64,000 nucleotides of DNA, taken from assembly GCA_039586795.1 (NCBI GenBank), contig JBDHJS010000002.1, forward strand, positions 64,001 to 128,000, in the 5' to 3' direction. Origin of the DNA: Gemmatimonadota bacterium. Lineage in GTDB: Bacteria; Gemmatimonadota; Gemmatimonadetes; Palauibacterales; KS3-K002. A program made the translations under genes and the position numbers. Shown here one piece after another: positions 8,948 to 17,341 of this stretch. Numbering within the stretch: the stretch's first letter is position 1; the number at the start of each line of letters is the position of its first letter. The notes under the pieces are model-generated. The model searched no databases. It saw nothing but the letters and a program-made list of their open reading frames with translations, and was not told where the DNA came from.

Positions 8948-10153
8948 TTACTCGTAACGAAGTGCGACTATAGGGTCGAGCCGCGCCGCCCTCCTGGCAG
9001 GATAGATCCCGAAGAACAACCCGACTGCAGCCGAGAAACCAAAAGCGAGGACAATCGCCTGAGGAGCGACCGCCGTATTCCAGTTCGCGAAGTGGGTTAA
9101 GGCGATAGCCGACCCGGCGCCCACACCAAGCCCCAAGAACCCACCGAGCAGGCAAAGCGACAGCGCCTCGATGAGGAATTGGAAAAGGATGTTCCTGCGC
9201 GTCGCACCCATCGCCTTGCGGACTCCGATCTCACGCGTTCGCTCGGTCACCGAGACCAACATGATGTTCATGATCCCGATGCCACCCACCAAGAGGCTGA
9301 CTAAGGCAATGCCGGTCAGCAGCAAGGTGAAGGTCTGGGTCGTCTCTTGGAAGGTGCTCATCAGGTCCGCCCGGTTGCGGATCATGAAGTCGTTGTCTTC
9401 CCCAGGGCGCAGCTTGTGCTCGCGGCGGAGAATGCGCTCGGCCTCGACCATCGCCGCATCGATCTGCTCGGCTGAAGTTGCCACGATGGTGATGTTGTTC
9501 AGGCGGTCGCTTCCGCTCATGCGATAGCGGGCCGTGGTAAGCGGTATGACAGCGCGATCGTCGACGCTGTTGTGGCCGCTCAGCCCCGATGGCTCCAGCA
9601 CACCGATGACCTTGAAAGGTATCCCGCGGATTCGGATCGTCTGGCCGACGATATCCAAAGCCGTTCTTCCAAGCACCGCCGGCAGCTCCGATCCAAGCAC
9701 GGCGACGGTCCTGCGCGCGACTACGTCCGCGTGACTGAAGAAGCGGCCGGCATCGAGTTGGGCGTTCTGGACATCGAAATACTCGGGGACGGTGCCGGTG
9801 ATCTCGGCGGAGGCGTTCCGGTTCAGCAACTCGACCTGCAGGTCGATCTCCGATTCGGGGACGACGGCCGAGAGCGTCGTGGCGTCACGCTCCAGGGCCT
9901 CGTAGTCCTCGATCCCGATGAAGTTGCCGCCCATGCCAACGCCCCGGTGGTGACCCCAGCCGGAGGAGATCGTGAGTTGGTTGGAGCCCAGCTGCTCGAT
10001 CTGAGCCTGCACGGCACGCTGCGCGCCTTCGCCCATGGCGACTACTGTTATGACGGCGCCGACGCCGATGATGATGCCCAGCATCGTCAGGAGCGAGCGC
10101 AGCTTGTGTACGTGCAGCGCGGCGAGTGCGACCTTGAACGTTTCCCATAGCAT
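8948..10153 (-). CDS. MacB/FtsX-like ABC transporter permease (paralog 2)
   Basis: RSLLTMLGIIIGVGAV, GGIGIMNIMLVSVTERTREIGVRKAMGA, PARRAARLDPIVALRYE. Confidence 0.95.
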   Translation of the reverse strand: MLWETFKVALAALHVHKLRSLLTMLGIIIGVGAVITVVAMGEGAQRAVQAQIEQLGSNQLTISSGWGHHRGVGMGGNFIGIEDYEALERDATTLSAVVPESEIDLQVELLNRNASAEITGTVPEYFDVQNAQLDAGRFFSHADVVARRTVAVLGSELPAVLGRTALDIVGQTIRIRGIPFKVIGVLEPSGLSGHNSVDDRAVIPLTTARYRMSGSDRLNNITIVATSAEQIDAAMVEAERILRREHKLRPGEDNDFMIRNRADLMSTFQETTQTFTLLLTGIALVSLLVGGIGIMNIMLVSVTERTREIGVRKAMGATRRNILFQFLIEALSLCLLGGFLGLGVGAGSAIALTHFANWNTAVAPQAIVLAFGFSAAVGLFFGIYPARRAARLDPIVALRYE

Positions 10154-10180
10154 CGGTCGGTCTCCGCTTTTGGGGTCGCC

Positions 10181-11389
10181 CTACTCGTAGCGTAGGGCGA
10201 CGATCGGATCCAACGACGCGGCGCGCCGCGCCGGGTAGATCCCGAAGAAGAGTCCCACGCCAGCCGAGAAGCCCACCGCCAGCCCGATCGCTGCCGGCGC
10301 CACGGCGGTATTCCAGTTGGCGAAGTGGGACAGAGCCATGGCGGCGCCGGCACCGGCCAGCAGGCCGAACAGGCCACCGATCATGCACAGCGTTAGCGCT
10401 TCGATCAGGAACTGGAAGAGGATGTTACGCCGCGTGGCGCCCATCGCCTTGCGCACGCCGATCTCCCGCGTCCGCTCGGTTACCGAGACCAACATGATGT
10501 TCATGATCCCGATGCCGCCCACCATCAGGCTGACCAGGGCGATGCCGGCCAGCAGGATTGAAAAGGTCCGGGTCGTTTCCTCGAAGGTCGAGAGCAAATC
10601 CGTCCGATTGCGGATCGAGAAATCGTTATCCTGGCCGGGCCGCAGCTGGTGTTCGCGACGCACGATGCGCTCGATCTCGACCAGTGCGGCGTCCATGTGC
10701 TCTGTCCCCGCGACCTCGACGGTGATCGAGTTCAGCCGGTCGCTGCCACTGATACGGTACTGCGCAGTGGAAATAGGGATAATCAGTCGGTCGTCAACGC
10801 TGTAAAACCCTTGTTGCCCGGAAGGCTTGAGCACGCCGACTACCTCGAAGGGGATGGCGCGGATGCGAATGGTCTGTCCGACGAGCAGGTCCGCTGTCGT
10901 GCCGAGGCGTACCGGAAGCTCGGAGCCGACGACGGCGACGGTCTTGCGTGCGATCATGTCCGAATTGTTGAGGAAACGGCCGTAGTCGATGTCCATCTTC
11001 CGAACGTCAATGAACTCGGGTGTGGTGCCCACGACCTGGGAGTTGACGTTGTTGTTCCGGAGCTCGACTTGGAGCCGGCTCGACATCTCGGGGACCACGG
11101 CCGTGGCGAATGTCGCTTCCGCACTTAGAGCCTCATAGTCATCGGTTCCAATGAACGTGCTCCCCGCCGCACCGACCCCGCGCCACCAGCGGTAGCCCGA
11201 CTGGACCGTCAACTGGTTCGTGCCAAGCTGTTCGATCTGGGCCTTCACGGCGCGTTGCGCGCCCTCGCCCATGGCGACGACAGTGATCACCGCGCCGACG
11301 CCGATGATGATCCCCAGCATGGTGAGGAACGAGCGCATCTTGTTGGCGCGCAGCGCTTGTACAGCGACTTTGATCGTCTCCCACATCAT
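10181..11389 (-). CDS. MacB/FtsX-like ABC transporter permease (paralog 1)
   Basis: Same motifs as its neighbour, with long identical C-terminal stretches. Confidence 0.95.
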   Translation of the reverse strand: MMWETIKVAVQALRANKMRSFLTMLGIIIGVGAVITVVAMGEGAQRAVKAQIEQLGTNQLTVQSGYRWWRGVGAAGSTFIGTDDYEALSAEATFATAVVPEMSSRLQVELRNNNVNSQVVGTTPEFIDVRKMDIDYGRFLNNSDMIARKTVAVVGSELPVRLGTTADLLVGQTIRIRAIPFEVVGVLKPSGQQGFYSVDDRLIIPISTAQYRISGSDRLNSITVEVAGTEHMDAALVEIERIVRREHQLRPGQDNDFSIRNRTDLLSTFEETTRTFSILLAGIALVSLMVGGIGIMNIMLVSVTERTREIGVRKAMGATRRNILFQFLIEALTLCMIGGLFGLLAGAGAAMALSHFANWNTAVAPAAIGLAVGFSAGVGLFFGIYPARRAASLDPIVALRYE

Positions 11390-11394
11390 AGGGC

Positions 11395-12807
11395 TTAGTT
11401 ACTCCTCATTCCGGGTACGCCGCTGCCGCGGAAGCGCTGGTAGCGCTCGAGCAGCTGGACTTGGTCACGCAACAAGGAGGCGGTGGGCAGAAGCGCCACC
11501 GAGTCACCGGGCTGCAGACCTGAGACCACGTGGATGTCTTCCCAGTCCGTCACACCTACGCGGACCGGAACCGGCACGAGCTGACCGTCGCGCATGACGA
11601 ATACCACACCGGGCATCGGTGCACCCGCTCGCTGCTGCTGCTCACGCTGCTCTCGCATTCTCTGGAACTGCTCGCGCATCTGCTGCATTTCTTGCGGCGT
11701 CATCTGGCCGCTCTGGAAGCGCTCGCGGATCGAGTCGCGCTGCGCCTGCGTCATGCGGCCCATGCCGCCGCCCATCCCATCGCCGGTCGTCGCGGGACCA
11801 TCGCCGTTAGAGCCGGCCTCTTGCGGCGTATTCTCCTCCAGCAGGCGCTGGAAAACCTCGGCGTCGATGCCCAGCGCCAGCTCCGCGACTTCCTGTGCGT
11901 CGTCTGAGGGATGCACGGCTTGGGTCGGTACGGTGGTCGCGTTCTCGGCCCGTGCAACCTGGATGGTCACCTCAGCGCTCATCCCAGGCTTTAGCAACCC
12001 TTCGCGGTTGTCGATCCGGATGATCACCGGGAACATCGTGACATTCTGCGTGACGGTGGCTTGCGGCTCGATCTTCAGCACCCGACCCTGGAAGCTGCGG
12101 TCCCGAAACGCCTCAACGGCGATCTCGGCCGGCAGCTCGGGCTCGACGCGGCCGATGTCGGTCTCATCCACCAACGTCCGGACCTGCACCTCGGCCAGGT
12201 CCGCCATGTTCATGAGGACCGTGCCGCCACCGACCACTTGCGTGGCGGACGAAATCACCTGGCCTGGCTCGACCAGACGCTGGATGATGATACCGTTGAT
12301 CGGCGCGCGGATCGTCGTCTCTGACATCCGCTCGCGCGCGATCTCGAGGCTGGCCTCGGCGCGGACCAGCTGAGCCTTTGCGTTGGCGTGCTCCAGCTCC
12401 GCCTGCTCGAAGTCCTGCTCGGAGATGATCTCCGACTCCATCATCGTGTTAGCGCGCTCGAGCTGTGACTCGGCGATCTTGAGTCGCGCCCGGGCCACCT
12501 CGAGATCGGCTTCGGCCTGGTTTAGCGTCTGACGTGCGTCTTTCTGCTCGACCTGAACCAGCAGGTCGCCTTGCTCGACGTAGTCACCGCTCTCCACGGG
12601 GATCGAGAGGATTTCCCCGGACGCTTTCGATTTGACCTCTACCGTGGTGACGGGCTCGACGACGCCCGCGGCTTCGGCTGAAATGGCGAGCGTCTTCTGC
12701 TGTGCGGCCACGACCTGGAACGGGCGACCCTCTTCCTGCTCCGCACAGGCGGCGGTCAGCAACACCGCCAGCAACCCGCTCAGCGCGACGTAGTTCCTTG
12801 CACTCAT
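11395..12807 (-). CDS. MacA-like efflux periplasmic adaptor (HlyD family), lipoprotein
   Basis: Lipobox LTAAC, VEVKSKASGEI, TIRAPINGII, VDETDIGRV, LKPGMSA. Confidence 0.92.
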   Translation of the reverse strand: MSARNYVALSGLLAVLLTAACAEQEEGRPFQVVAAQQKTLAISAEAAGVVEPVTTVEVKSKASGEILSIPVESGDYVEQGDLLVQVEQKDARQTLNQAEADLEVARARLKIAESQLERANTMMESEIISEQDFEQAELEHANAKAQLVRAEASLEIARERMSETTIRAPINGIIIQRLVEPGQVISSATQVVGGGTVLMNMADLAEVQVRTLVDETDIGRVEPELPAEIAVEAFRDRSFQGRVLKIEPQATVTQNVTMFPVIIRIDNREGLLKPGMSAEVTIQVARAENATTVPTQAVHPSDDAQEVAELALGIDAEVFQRLLEENTPQEAGSNGDGPATTGDGMGGGMGRMTQAQRDSIRERFQSGQMTPQEMQQMREQFQRMREQREQQQRAGAPMPGVVFVMRDGQLVPVPVRVGVTDWEDIHVVSGLQPGDSVALLPTASLLRDQVQLLERYQRFRGSGVPGMRSN

Positions 12808-12813
12808 GATCTA

Positions 12814-13218
12814 TTATCTTCCTCTTCTGCCGTGACGGCGCTCGGCTTCCTCCGCCAGCAGCGCCTCGTACACCTCGAGCTGCTCGTCCGAAAGGACCGC
12901 GCGGATATCAGCTCGCAGTTGCGTTTTGAACTCCTCGAACCGGGGGCGCATCTCCTTCCACTGGTCCGACACCCGTTCCCGGTAGCGTTCGACCAGCACC
13001 TCTATTTCTGACCGCTGTCCCTCGGTCAGTGTCAGTTCTTCCGCGAGCCAGTCGATGTAGCTGCGCCGCTGGTCTCGATCGCCGTCTCGTCGGTCTCGGT
13101 TCTCTACGGTCCCGCGATTGCTGACGAACATTCGGTCGATCGCCGCACCCGCTACGCCGCCCATCAGCAGCACGACGAGCAACAGGGTCAGCGCCCACGC
13201 TTTAGACTTCCCAATCAT
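12814..13218 (-). CDS. Membrane-anchored periplasmic helical protein (Spy/CpxP or heavy-metal-sensor-like)
   Basis: N-terminal TM segment, ELTLTEGQR and IRAVLSDEQ LTxxQ-like motifs. Confidence 0.6.
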   Translation of the reverse strand: MIGKSKAWALTLLLVVLLMGGVAGAAIDRMFVSNRGTVENRDRRDGDRDQRRSYIDWLAEELTLTEGQRSEIEVLVERYRERVSDQWKEMRPRFEEFKTQLRADIRAVLSDEQLEVYEALLAEEAERRHGRRGR

Positions 13219-13640
13219 TGTCCTTCACCTGAATCGTCGGGAACGCGTCCACCGTTCCCATTCTGGAGAAGAGCCGCCGCCATCACCGCATCGGTGTCCG
13301 GCTCGTTAATAGCTACCAACAAAGCAGGAACATCACCCGCCTCACCGGAGGCGAGCACGTCCTCGAGAGTGACCGGCTGAATCTCCGACGACCGGTCGGG
13401 TCCGAATTGAAGCGCCGCCGCGAACACGAGTAGCGCGACGCTCGCCGCCACGAGACCCGGTCGGGCCCACGCCGCCAGAATCTCGAATGACGTCGCCGGG
13501 CGAGCACGTCGTTCCAGCAACGGCTCGGCCGCCGCCAGGATGCGCGCCTGCGCCGCCTGGCGCTGTGCTTCCGAGCGGTTCGGCGCCCTCAGCGCATCGA
13601 GCCCTTCGATCGGCTGGTTTTCGTGTTCTGGGGCCATCAT
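13215..13640 (-). CDS. Putative membrane anti-sigma factor
   Basis: Single central TM segment; directly downstream of an ECF sigma gene. Confidence 0.55.
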   Translation of the reverse strand: MMAPEHENQPIEGLDALRAPNRSEAQRQAAQARILAAAEPLLERRARPATSFEILAAWARPGLVAASVALLVFAAALQFGPDRSSEIQPVTLEDVLASGEAGDVPALLVAINEPDTDAVMAAALLQNGNGGRVPDDSGEGQ

Positions 13641-13653
13641 TTCACCTCTTCGA

Positions 13654-14217
13654 TTACCGTTGGTACTCCTTCAGCGCCTCTCTCAGCATCCGGCGGGCGC
13701 GGGAGAGGTGTGACCGGCACGTCCCCTCCGGGATGCCGAGCACTTTTGCGATCTCGGGGTGCGTGAAACCCTCCAGGTCATGGAGGACCACCACCGTCTC
13801 GAGATCATCGGGCAGCGAGCTCACCGCTGCGGCCAAACGGCCGCGCAACTCCGCCCGCTCCGTATCGACCGCCGGGCTGTCAGGCCCTGAGGCCGACGCC
13901 GGCACGTCCTCGGTGCGCCGGCGGGCCAGGTACTTCCGTCGGTTGAGCGCCGCGTTCACCAGTAGCCGGTAGAACCACGGCCCGAAGTTGCTGCCCCGAC
14001 CCAGCTTGTCGATCCGCTCCAGCGCCCGGATGAACGCATCCTGGACCAGGTCCTCGGAGTCCTCGGCGTGCTGGAGAAACCCATAGGCGACGGCGAAAGC
14101 CTGCTCGGAATAGCGATCCACGAGGATGCCAAAGGCCTCCCGGTCACCCCGGCGCACGCGCTCGACGAGCAGCGGCTCGTCGATGACCGGAGTCTGGCCC
14201 TCACCCGTGGCGTCCAT
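13654..14217 (-). CDS. ECF-type RNA polymerase sigma factor
   Basis: GDREAFGILVDRY, DSEDLVQDAF, FGPWFYRL, LHDLEGFTHPEIAKVLGIPEGTCRSHLSRAR. Confidence 0.93.
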   Translation of the reverse strand: MDATGEGQTPVIDEPLLVERVRRGDREAFGILVDRYSEQAFAVAYGFLQHAEDSEDLVQDAFIRALERIDKLGRGSNFGPWFYRLLVNAALNRRKYLARRRTEDVPASASGPDSPAVDTERAELRGRLAAAVSSLPDDLETVVVLHDLEGFTHPEIAKVLGIPEGTCRSHLSRARRMLREALKEYQR

Positions 14218-14316
14218 CGCCCTCGCAGTGCTAACACTTGAGCGGCTGGGAGCGTTGGCCCGTTCCGGGCCGCCACTCCGGTTGCCTGGTTTGACGAAAA
14301 GTCTAGCTTGAAGGAT

Positions 14317-14598
14317 ATGGCAACGCAGCCTACAGGCCACCCCCGGGCCCGGGATGACGTGATGTTTCGTCAGGTGGACGATGAGTGGGTTGTGTTCGAT
14401 CCAGCTGCGAACGACCTCCACGTCCTCAACCTCTCCGCGGCCCTGATCTGGAGCCACCTGACCGGCGACTGTTCGGAGGCAGACATCGCTGCCGCCGTTC
14501 AGGAGGCCTTTGGCATCGAGCCGCAGCAGGCGGAATCCGACGTTCGGGAGGCGCTAGGGCGGTTCCGAAGCGCCGGGCTGTTGGCCGGCGACGCCTGA
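14317..14598 (+). CDS. PqqD-family peptide chaperone / RiPP recognition element (RRE)
   Basis: 93 aa; VMFRQVDDEWVVFDP..NDLHVLNLSAALIWSHLTG..SEADIA....EAF.....AESDV...LGRF..AGLL, the typical stand-alone PqqD pattern. Confidence 0.9.
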   Translation: MATQPTGHPRARDDVMFRQVDDEWVVFDPAANDLHVLNLSAALIWSHLTGDCSEADIAAAVQEAFGIEPQQAESDVREALGRFRSAGLLAGDA

Positions 14599-14619
14599 GA
14601 CCGTCCGCCGAACCGGGCG

Positions 14620-15792
14620 ATGAGCACCCACGATTATCGCGATTTCTTGTCCGACGCCCCCCGCGTCGATGCTTACCGGCGTGCGATACAGTCCACCGTG
14701 AAGCCGGGCGACGTCGTGCTCGACGTGGGAACGGGGATCGGGACGTACGCGATGTTCGCGGCACGGGCGGGCGCCAGGGTCCTGGCCGTCGAGATGGATC
14801 CGGTGATCGATACCGCCCGGGAGCTTGCGGCGGAGAACGGCCTCGACGACCGCATCGTCTTCCTGCGAGGTCGCGTCGAGGAGCTCGAGCCACCGGAGCC
14901 GGCCGACGTTCTGATCTTCGAGGACTTCTCCCCCTTTCTCTATCACTCGGATACGTCGCGCCTGCTCGATCGGGTGGCCAGCCGTTGGCTCAAGTCGTCG
15001 GCGACGTCGATTCCCCGATCGCTGAGGGCGATCACAGCGCCGGTCAGCTGCCCGACCGCGTACGGCGCAATCGCGCCATGGGGAGACGGAAAGGCGTTCG
15101 GGCTCGATGTCGGCCGGTTTTCGCGACAACTCTTCAACGAGTTACATCCGGTTGTATTCGACCCCAAGGTCATCCTGGCTGACCCTCTGGAAGCGGGCCG
15201 CGTCGAGCTGCCGTCCGCCGATCCGTTCGGCCTGGACGTGTCGGTCGGCTGGCAGGCGGATCGGGAGGCGGAGCTGCACGGTCTCGGGCTTTGGATCGAT
15301 CTCGAGCTGGCAGAAGGTGTGACATTCTCCAACGCCCCGAGGGGCCTTTCCACCGGCTGGGATCAGCGCCTACTGCCTCTGGCTGAGCCGATTGAAGTCC
15401 TGGCCGGCGATGCTATCGAGGCGCAGGTTCGGACGATGGGCCCCGCTCCTCGGGAACCGGAGTGGTGGAGTTGGCGGGTATCGGCCGGTGGCCGGACGCA
15501 AGAGATGAACACGTTCAAAGGCCTACCGTTGTCGAAGGCACAACTGCGACAGGCTGGAGTAGATCGACGGCCGAACCTCGGCGCCCGCGGCAAGATCCGA
15601 CTCGCGGTTCTGGAACTCATGGATGGGCGCCATTCAGTCGCCCAGATCGCTGGGGAGCTGAGGGAACGTTTTCCGGATCTGCTGAGTACCGATGCAGAGG
15701 CCTTGCGCGCGGTTGCGCGGGAGATAAGGCTCAACGAGGATCCCGCCTCCACCCAGGCGCGCGACACGCCAGGAACGAGCACGGAAAGATGA
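14620..15792 (+). CDS. Protein-arginine-methyltransferase (PRMT)-like class I SAM methyltransferase with a C-terminal RRE-like helical segment
   Basis: YRDFLSDAPRVDAYRRAI, VVLDVGTGIG, VLAVE, DVLIFE, beta-barrel region LHGLGLWIDLEL...FSNAP...TGWDQ; C-terminal LELMDGRHSVAQIAGELRERFPD. Confidence 0.8.
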   Translation: MSTHDYRDFLSDAPRVDAYRRAIQSTVKPGDVVLDVGTGIGTYAMFAARAGARVLAVEMDPVIDTARELAAENGLDDRIVFLRGRVEELEPPEPADVLIFEDFSPFLYHSDTSRLLDRVASRWLKSSATSIPRSLRAITAPVSCPTAYGAIAPWGDGKAFGLDVGRFSRQLFNELHPVVFDPKVILADPLEAGRVELPSADPFGLDVSVGWQADREAELHGLGLWIDLELAEGVTFSNAPRGLSTGWDQRLLPLAEPIEVLAGDAIEAQVRTMGPAPREPEWWSWRVSAGGRTQEMNTFKGLPLSKAQLRQAGVDRRPNLGARGKIRLAVLELMDGRHSVAQIAGELRERFPDLLSTDAEALRAVAREIRLNEDPASTQARDTPGTSTER

Positions 15793-16040
15793 ACCACGAA
15801 GATCCGACACGCCGGGAGTTTCTTCTCAAGATCGCCCGTGGCGCGGTCTATAGCGCGCCGCTGATCGCGACGTTTGCCGTGGCTCCGGATCTGCTGGCAC
15901 AGGCAGGCTCGGCGCCCGGCCACCATCACATGCACGCGGCCCCATCGGCGCCCCAGCAGACCACGACTCCGTCCGACGCGCCCGGCGCTTCGCCGACGGA
16001 GAAGCATCCGCCGCCGAGCAGGAAAGGCGAGGGCGGCTAG
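15789..16040 (+). CDS. Putative RiPP precursor peptide (83 aa) with twin-arginine/YxxP leader
   Basis: ATG overlaps the methyltransferase stop (ATGA); MNHEDPTRREFLLKIARGAVYSAPLIATFAVAPDLLAQAGSAPGHHHMHAAPSAPQQTTTPSDAPGASPTEKHPPPSRKGEGG. Confidence 0.7.
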   Translation: MNHEDPTRREFLLKIARGAVYSAPLIATFAVAPDLLAQAGSAPGHHHMHAAPSAPQQTTTPSDAPGASPTEKHPPPSRKGEGG

Positions 16041-16052
16041 GCGCCGCGTTCG

Positions 16053-16865
16053 GTGTCCGACCCGGCGACTCTCCTCTATCGCTTTCCCGGCGCCGAGCGG
16101 ATCGTCTCCGCCCGCGTCGCGCCGACCGAGTTCATTCCCCTCATAGACGATTTCTATGCTGCCTATCGCTGTCGCTTATCTGACAGCGAGCTGCCGGTCG
16201 ATCAGGTGATCGAGCTGGAGTACGATGGCGGTGTGTACCGGGTAACGGTCCCCAGTGGCGATTGGGAAGCGGAGTCCGAGGGAGACGCCGTCCTGTTCTA
16301 CGAATACGAGCTGACCGATGCGCTGCTAACAGGCGCCGACGAGTTCGTTAATCTGCATGGTACCGCAGTCGTTCGTGAGTCGCGCTCGATGCTGCTGTTG
16401 GGTCCGTCAGGCACCGGGAAATCGACACTCGCCCTGGCCCTATCGCTGGCGGGTTGGCAAACGATCGCCGATGACGCGCTGCTGATCGACCCGGGGACGG
16501 GTGAGGTCCAACCGTTCGACCGGTCAATCCGCGTCCACGAGTCTAGCTTGCGGGCGCTAGATGTTGATCACGCCACCATCGAAGGGGCCCGATTCTGTGA
16601 ACCGTACCTGTGGCTGAAGGTGCCCGAATCCGGCGCACCCGGTTTGCTCAACCCGGATGCCCTGGTGTTTCTGCGGTCCGGAGCGGCGACCTCGATAGAG
16701 CGGCTGGACGTCACAAACACCCTGAGGGAACTGTTGATCGCGCGCCTGAGCGACCAGAGCGAGCGCGACTTCGATTGTCTGGCGCGTCTTGCAGCAGAGG
16801 TGCCGGGCTATCTACTGAGCTTCGAGGGCTTCCCGGAAGCGCTGGCGGAGCTAGAGTCGCTCTGA
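16053..16865 (+). CDS. HPr kinase-related P-loop kinase
   Basis: LHGTAV, Walker A GPSGTGKST, IADDALLID: the HprK-like His / P-loop / DD signature. Confidence 0.85.
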   Translation: MSDPATLLYRFPGAERIVSARVAPTEFIPLIDDFYAAYRCRLSDSELPVDQVIELEYDGGVYRVTVPSGDWEAESEGDAVLFYEYELTDALLTGADEFVNLHGTAVVRESRSMLLLGPSGTGKSTLALALSLAGWQTIADDALLIDPGTGEVQPFDRSIRVHESSLRALDVDHATIEGARFCEPYLWLKVPESGAPGLLNPDALVFLRSGAATSIERLDVTNTLRELLIARLSDQSERDFDCLARLAAEVPGYLLSFEGFPEALAELESL

Positions 16866-17273
16866 CCCGTAAGCATCGGACCAGAGGTCAGCGTTCTCCA
16901 TCACCCGCACCCTGTAGACGCTCACGCCTTCGGGCAACCGCGCCTCGACCTTTTCAAGGATGAAGGCCGCCAGGTTCTCTGTGGTCGGCATCCGACCGCC
17001 AGGGCCGAACTCGGGGATCTCGGAGTTGATGTCCCGGCCATGGAGTGGGATGACTTCGGCCCCTAGGATCTTGTCGAGCGCCCCGAGGTCGATGACCATC
17101 CCGCTCTTCTCATCGATCGCGCCCTGGACGGTAACCTCGCAGCGATAGTCGTGGGCGTGGGTCTCCGCCAAAGCGCCGAAGCGCCGGCGGTTCTCCTCTT
17201 CGCTCCAGTCAGAACGATGGTAGTGATGCGACGCGGTGAAACGGACCGCTCGCGTAAGAAAGCCCAATGGCAT
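16851..17273 (-). CDS. 6-pyruvoyl tetrahydropterin synthase / QueD family protein
   Basis: FTASHHY, WSEEEN..RFG, HAHDY, GMVIDL, PTTENLA. Confidence 0.88.
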   Translation of the reverse strand: MPLGFLTRAVRFTASHHYHRSDWSEEENRRRFGALAETHAHDYRCEVTVQGAIDEKSGMVIDLGALDKILGAEVIPLHGRDINSEIPEFGPGGRMPTTENLAAFILEKVEARLPEGVSVYRVRVMENADLWSDAYGSERL

Positions 17274-17341
17274 GGTTCCCAATCCCTGAATCCCTCTGAA
17301 AGCCTCGATATCTTTGACTGGGCCCGGTAAGTTAGGCACTC

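Noticed and set aside
15462..15788. N-terminal extension of the 192-aa track ORF 15462..16040
   Set aside because: It overlaps the methyltransferase in another frame; the ATG at 15789 coupled to the upstream stop gives a sensible leader.
14317..16865. Lasso peptide or PQQ biosynthesis cluster
   Set aside because: No asparagine-synthetase-like cyclase, B2 protease or pqqB/C/E, and the precursor lacks a PqqA ExxxY motif.
16851..17273. QueD/PTPS gene as part of the RiPP-like cluster
   Set aside because: It is on the opposite strand and convergent, and a housekeeping role is sufficient explanation.
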